Below, in pieces: positions 25,449 through 28,435 of a stretch of 28,435 nucleotides of DNA; the stretch's first letter is position 1, and each line of letters begins with the position of its first letter. The DNA comes from a virus. Lineage: Duplodnaviria; Caudoviricetes. The DNA is taken from positions 1 to 28,435 of the IMG/VR virus record IMGVR_UViG_3300020044_010367; one strand, given 5' to 3'. Under the pieces are notes generated by a model. It saw only the letters and a list, made by a program, of their open reading frames with translations, was not told the origin of the DNA and ran no database searches. The position numbers were made by a program, and so were the translations under genes.

Positions 25449-26802
25449 TGGTAAGATGCCTCCTCAGAATGTAGAATTGGAGGAAATTGTTTTAGGAGCA
25501 TGTTTATTGGAAAAGCAAGGAATGGACATCGCAACCGAAATTTTAACAAAGGATTCCTTTTACAATCAAAATCATGCAACCATATTTGAGGCATCCAGAA
25601 ATGTGTATTTGAGAAATGATCCTGTGGACATTATGACTGTTGTTCAAGAATTAAGAACTTTGGGCAAATTAAACGATGTCGGAGGACCCTACTTTGTCTC
25701 TCAATTAACTAACCGGGTAGCATCTTCGGCCAATACTGAATACCATTGCCGGATTATTCAGCAGAATTATCTTAAAAGACAACTAATATCAGAGTCAACA
25801 GGATTAATTGGCGAATGTTATGATGAGTCGACGGATGTTTTTGAACTTTATGATATGTTTTTAAAGAAATTAATGAATTTGGAAAGTGGAATTAATCAAG
25901 ACAAAGTAAAATCTTTGTCCGAAATTAGCCATGAACAGATAAAATTGATGCAAAAAATCAGAGAAGGGGAGCAAAAATCGGGCATTAAAACCCCTTTCGA
26001 GGAACTTGATAAGATAATAGGCGGTTGGTATGGAGGTGAATTCTATATTTTTGCAGCAAGGCCGGGCATGGGAAAGTCTATTTTAGGAAAAGAAATTGCA
26101 ATTGTTGGGGCAAAATTAGGCTTTAGTGCATTAATTGTAAACTTGGAGATGAATGATACTCAATCTTTCCATAGAATTGCCTCCGGAGAGTCTGATATTG
26201 CGCTTTGGAGATTTAGAAATGCTGAGTTGGAAGACTATCAATGGGATAGACTAAACCAAACTAATATGAATTTGCCCATATTCTTTCATAATGAGGGCAA
26301 TATTAATATTGTCCGGATGTTTCGGATGACCAGAAAAATGATAAAGGAGAAGAATATTAAAATTTTAATTGTCGATTACCTGCAATTGATGGAGGGAAGT
26401 GGCGATGAGGGTACAAGAGAGCAAGAAATTAGCAAAATAAGCAGAGGTTTAAAGATGATTGCAAAGGAATTCAATATTCCGGTCATTGCATTTAGTCAAT
26501 TATCCAGAAAAGTCGAGGAACGGCCGGGAAAGATTCCAATGTTGTCAGATTTAAGGGAGAGCGGATCACTTGAACAGGATGCGGATATTGTTGGTTTTAT
26601 TCATAGACCAGAAAAGTATGGGTTGCCTTTAATAGTTGACGGACAAGAATATGACTCAACAGGCAAGGGAGTTGTTATTATCGCCAAAAATAGGCAGGGA
26701 AAAACAGGAGAAGTCATGTTTCAATTTGAGGAAAAAACTGCATCATTTAGAGATATGAATTATGAAAAACCAACTGCATTAACAAGTAATTTAAATTTTT
26801 AA
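25405..26802 (+). CDS. dnaB: Replicative DNA helicase (start may be ATG 25438)
   Basis: PPQN.E.E..VLG, AARPGMGKS, VDYLQLM, SQLSR, DLRESGSLEQDAD, IAKNRQG. Confidence 0.96.
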   Translation: MNNRNSKNSKDMKIDGKMPPQNVELEEIVLGACLLEKQGMDIATEILTKDSFYNQNHATIFEASRNVYLRNDPVDIMTVVQELRTLGKLNDVGGPYFVSQLTNRVASSANTEYHCRIIQQNYLKRQLISESTGLIGECYDESTDVFELYDMFLKKLMNLESGINQDKVKSLSEISHEQIKLMQKIREGEQKSGIKTPFEELDKIIGGWYGGEFYIFAARPGMGKSILGKEIAIVGAKLGFSALIVNLEMNDTQSFHRIASGESDIALWRFRNAELEDYQWDRLNQTNMNLPIFFHNEGNINIVRMFRMTRKMIKEKNIKILIVDYLQLMEGSGDEGTREQEISKISRGLKMIAKEFNIPVIAFSQLSRKVEERPGKIPMLSDLRESGSLEQDADIVGFIHRPEKYGLPLIVDGQEYDSTGKGVVIIAKNRQGKTGEVMFQFEEKTASFRDMNYEKPTALTSNLNF

Positions 26803-26812
26803 TAAATAAACA

Positions 26813-28090
26813 ATGATTAAAGTAGGTGGTCAATTTTCTGGTGTTGGTGCTTTCGACCAAGCATTAAAAAGGCTTAATATTAAATATGAAAATATATATC
26901 AAGCAGAGTGGGATAAATATGCTAGGCAAACCTATTTACATAATTACGAAGAACCTATTTATTATGTAAAAGATGTGAATGATACTCCAAGCCAAGAAAT
27001 AACTGAAAAATATGGCTCATTGGATATTGCTATGTTTTCGCCACCTTGCCAAGCATTTAGTTTGGCTGGTAAAAGATTAGGCAAGGAAGATAAGCGAGGT
27101 ATTTTATTCTTCAACTCCCACGAATTTATCCAAGTGAACAAGCCACGTTATTTTATTTTCGAGAATGTCAAAGGATTGCTATCCGATGACGGTGGAAAGA
27201 CATTTAGCGAATGGATAAATATGTTAGGCGGCAAATCAGTTAATGGCAATGCAGTTTTATTTCCTTACGAGGATTCAGTACCTTATCACATTTACTGGCA
27301 AGTATTGAATGCTAAAGATTATGGAGTTCCACAAAATAGGGAGCGTGTTTTTATTATTGGCATTAGAGATGATGAGGATAATACTTTTCAATTTCCAAAA
27401 GAAGAGTATCTTACCAAGCGATTAAAGGATGTATTGGAAGATGATGTTGATAGGAAATATTATTTAAGTGAGAAACTAATTAATGGATTTTTGGAACACA
27501 AAAAAAGACATGAAGAAAAAGGTAATGGATTTGGATTTAGTTTAAATGATATAAATAAACCAGCAAGAGCAATTAATACAAAAGAAGGAACAAGACATTG
27601 CGACAATTACATACAAGTCAAATCCGCTACCAAACAAGGCTACGAAATTGCCACCGATGGAGATTCTATTAATTTCAGTCAACCAAACTCTGAAACAAGG
27701 CGAGGTAGAGTAGGTAAGCAAGTGGCGCAAACTTTAGAAACGAGTTGCAATCAAGGTGTAATGGTTTATAATATAAAAAGATTAAATGAAACATTAAAAA
27801 AACACACATTACCGAAAGGAGAAGTAAGATTTGTTGATTCATATAATAAATCAATTCACGAAAATTCTGGTTGTATAAATGCAAGAATAAATGCTACAAA
27901 TGATAGACATTTATGGGATGGATATAAAATCAGAAGACTGACCCCTCGGGAATGTTTCCGACTTATGGACTTTCCTGATTCGTTTACTTGGACTGTAAGT
28001 GATAGTCAAGCCTACAAACAAGCTGGAAACTCAATCGTAGTTAACGTATTATGTAAAATAATTAATAATTTAAAAATAAATAAACAATGA
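26813..28090 (+). CDS. DNA (cytosine-5) methyltransferase
   Basis: FSGVG, PPCQAFS, ENV, QNRER, RRLTPREC, AGNS. Confidence 0.95.
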   Translation: MIKVGGQFSGVGAFDQALKRLNIKYENIYQAEWDKYARQTYLHNYEEPIYYVKDVNDTPSQEITEKYGSLDIAMFSPPCQAFSLAGKRLGKEDKRGILFFNSHEFIQVNKPRYFIFENVKGLLSDDGGKTFSEWINMLGGKSVNGNAVLFPYEDSVPYHIYWQVLNAKDYGVPQNRERVFIIGIRDDEDNTFQFPKEEYLTKRLKDVLEDDVDRKYYLSEKLINGFLEHKKRHEEKGNGFGFSLNDINKPARAINTKEGTRHCDNYIQVKSATKQGYEIATDGDSINFSQPNSETRRGRVGKQVAQTLETSCNQGVMVYNIKRLNETLKKHTLPKGEVRFVDSYNKSIHENSGCINARINATNDRHLWDGYKIRRLTPRECFRLMDFPDSFTWTVSDSQAYKQAGNSIVVNVLCKIINNLKINKQ

Positions 28091-28326
28091 CCTACTATCT
28101 TAATCAAAATCCTTTGACGCATGATATACCTTTCGAATACAATGGAAAAACCTATTTGTTCAGAAAACAATTTGAACCATATAGATTGACCTTAATTGGA
28201 ACAATCGACAGATATGTTTTTGTCGGTAAAAAAAAGGAGATGACATCAATTCAATGGTCAATGTTTAGATCGGAGGCGATGAGTAAACTTATTTCTAAAC
28301 CAACTCCTAAAGTATTTGACAAATAA
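28087..28326 (+). CDS. Hypothetical protein
   Basis: ORF with ATGA coupling. Confidence 0.6.
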   Translation: MTYYLNQNPLTHDIPFEYNGKTYLFRKQFEPYRLTLIGTIDRYVFVGKKKEMTSIQWSMFRSEAMSKLISKPTPKVFDK

Positions 28327-28435
28327 TTAAATTTGTGCATGAATCAAATTGTTTTTTTCGGTAATTCCCAATTCGAATTGGTCGAAAAAATGCAAGATTG
28401 GTTTACTTTGCAGGAACACATGAAAATGTGGATAA
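28315..28435 (+). repeat. Terminal direct repeat, copy 2 (probably assembly overlap)
   Basis: Exact copy of 1-121. Confidence 0.97.

Larger units (their letters stand above)
1..28435 (+). mobile_element. Complete (circularised) tailed bacteriophage genome, 28,314 bp unique, probably infecting Bacteroidota
   Basis: Terminase, portal, capsid, tail, lysis and replication modules; 121-bp terminal overlap; TAnnTTTG promoters. Confidence 0.93.

Noticed and set aside
2208-27884. Minus-strand ORFs in the track (e.g. 2208-2513, 4559-4894, 13111-13569, 25095-25412)
   Set aside because: All are shadows of strong + strand genes with no recognisable motifs.
28315-28435. 121-bp repeat as a biological terminal repeat
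   Set aside because: It cuts through genes and has an odd, k-mer-like length; most likely the assembler overlap of a circular or permuted genome.
1-28435. Stop-codon reassignment or tRNA genes
   Set aside because: Genes are intact and tightly packed under code 11; no cloverleaf seen in the short intergenic gaps.

Overview
The window looks like a complete small tailed-phage genome (Caudoviricetes, siphovirus-like, AT-rich). Bases 1-121 are repeated exactly at 28315-28435, giving a 28,314-bp circle. Essentially all genes are on the + strand. TAnnTTTG promoter boxes, A-rich translation starts without Shine-Dalgarno sequences and MKK...G/Q signal peptides point to a Bacteroidota host. Gene order: terS-terL, frameshifted tail chaperone, tail completion, Dit-like, hub and tape-measure genes, ClpP protease, major capsid, major tail, portal, adaptor, fibre-like genes, lysis cassette (metallophosphoesterase, M15 endolysin), then RecT/YqaJ, initiator with iterons, DnaB and a C5 methyltransferase. 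I found no integrase, CI-like repressor, polymerase, tRNA or CRISPR. The most striking unannotated layer is RNA-based control. (i) A promoter-to-terminator small RNA at ~20613-20673 has a hairpin loop complementary to the 5' UTRs of two early operons. (ii) A second small-RNA unit at ~11206-11268 has the same 14-bp promoter core and is antisense to ATG-start contexts. (iii) A kissing-loop terminator leader sits in front of the replication initiator. (iv) Several genes appear leaderless. Also notable: a collagen/fibre protein with a Sec signal peptide, a capsid protein with an inserted beta domain, and apparent CCWGG avoidance. All calls are made by eye; no searches were run.
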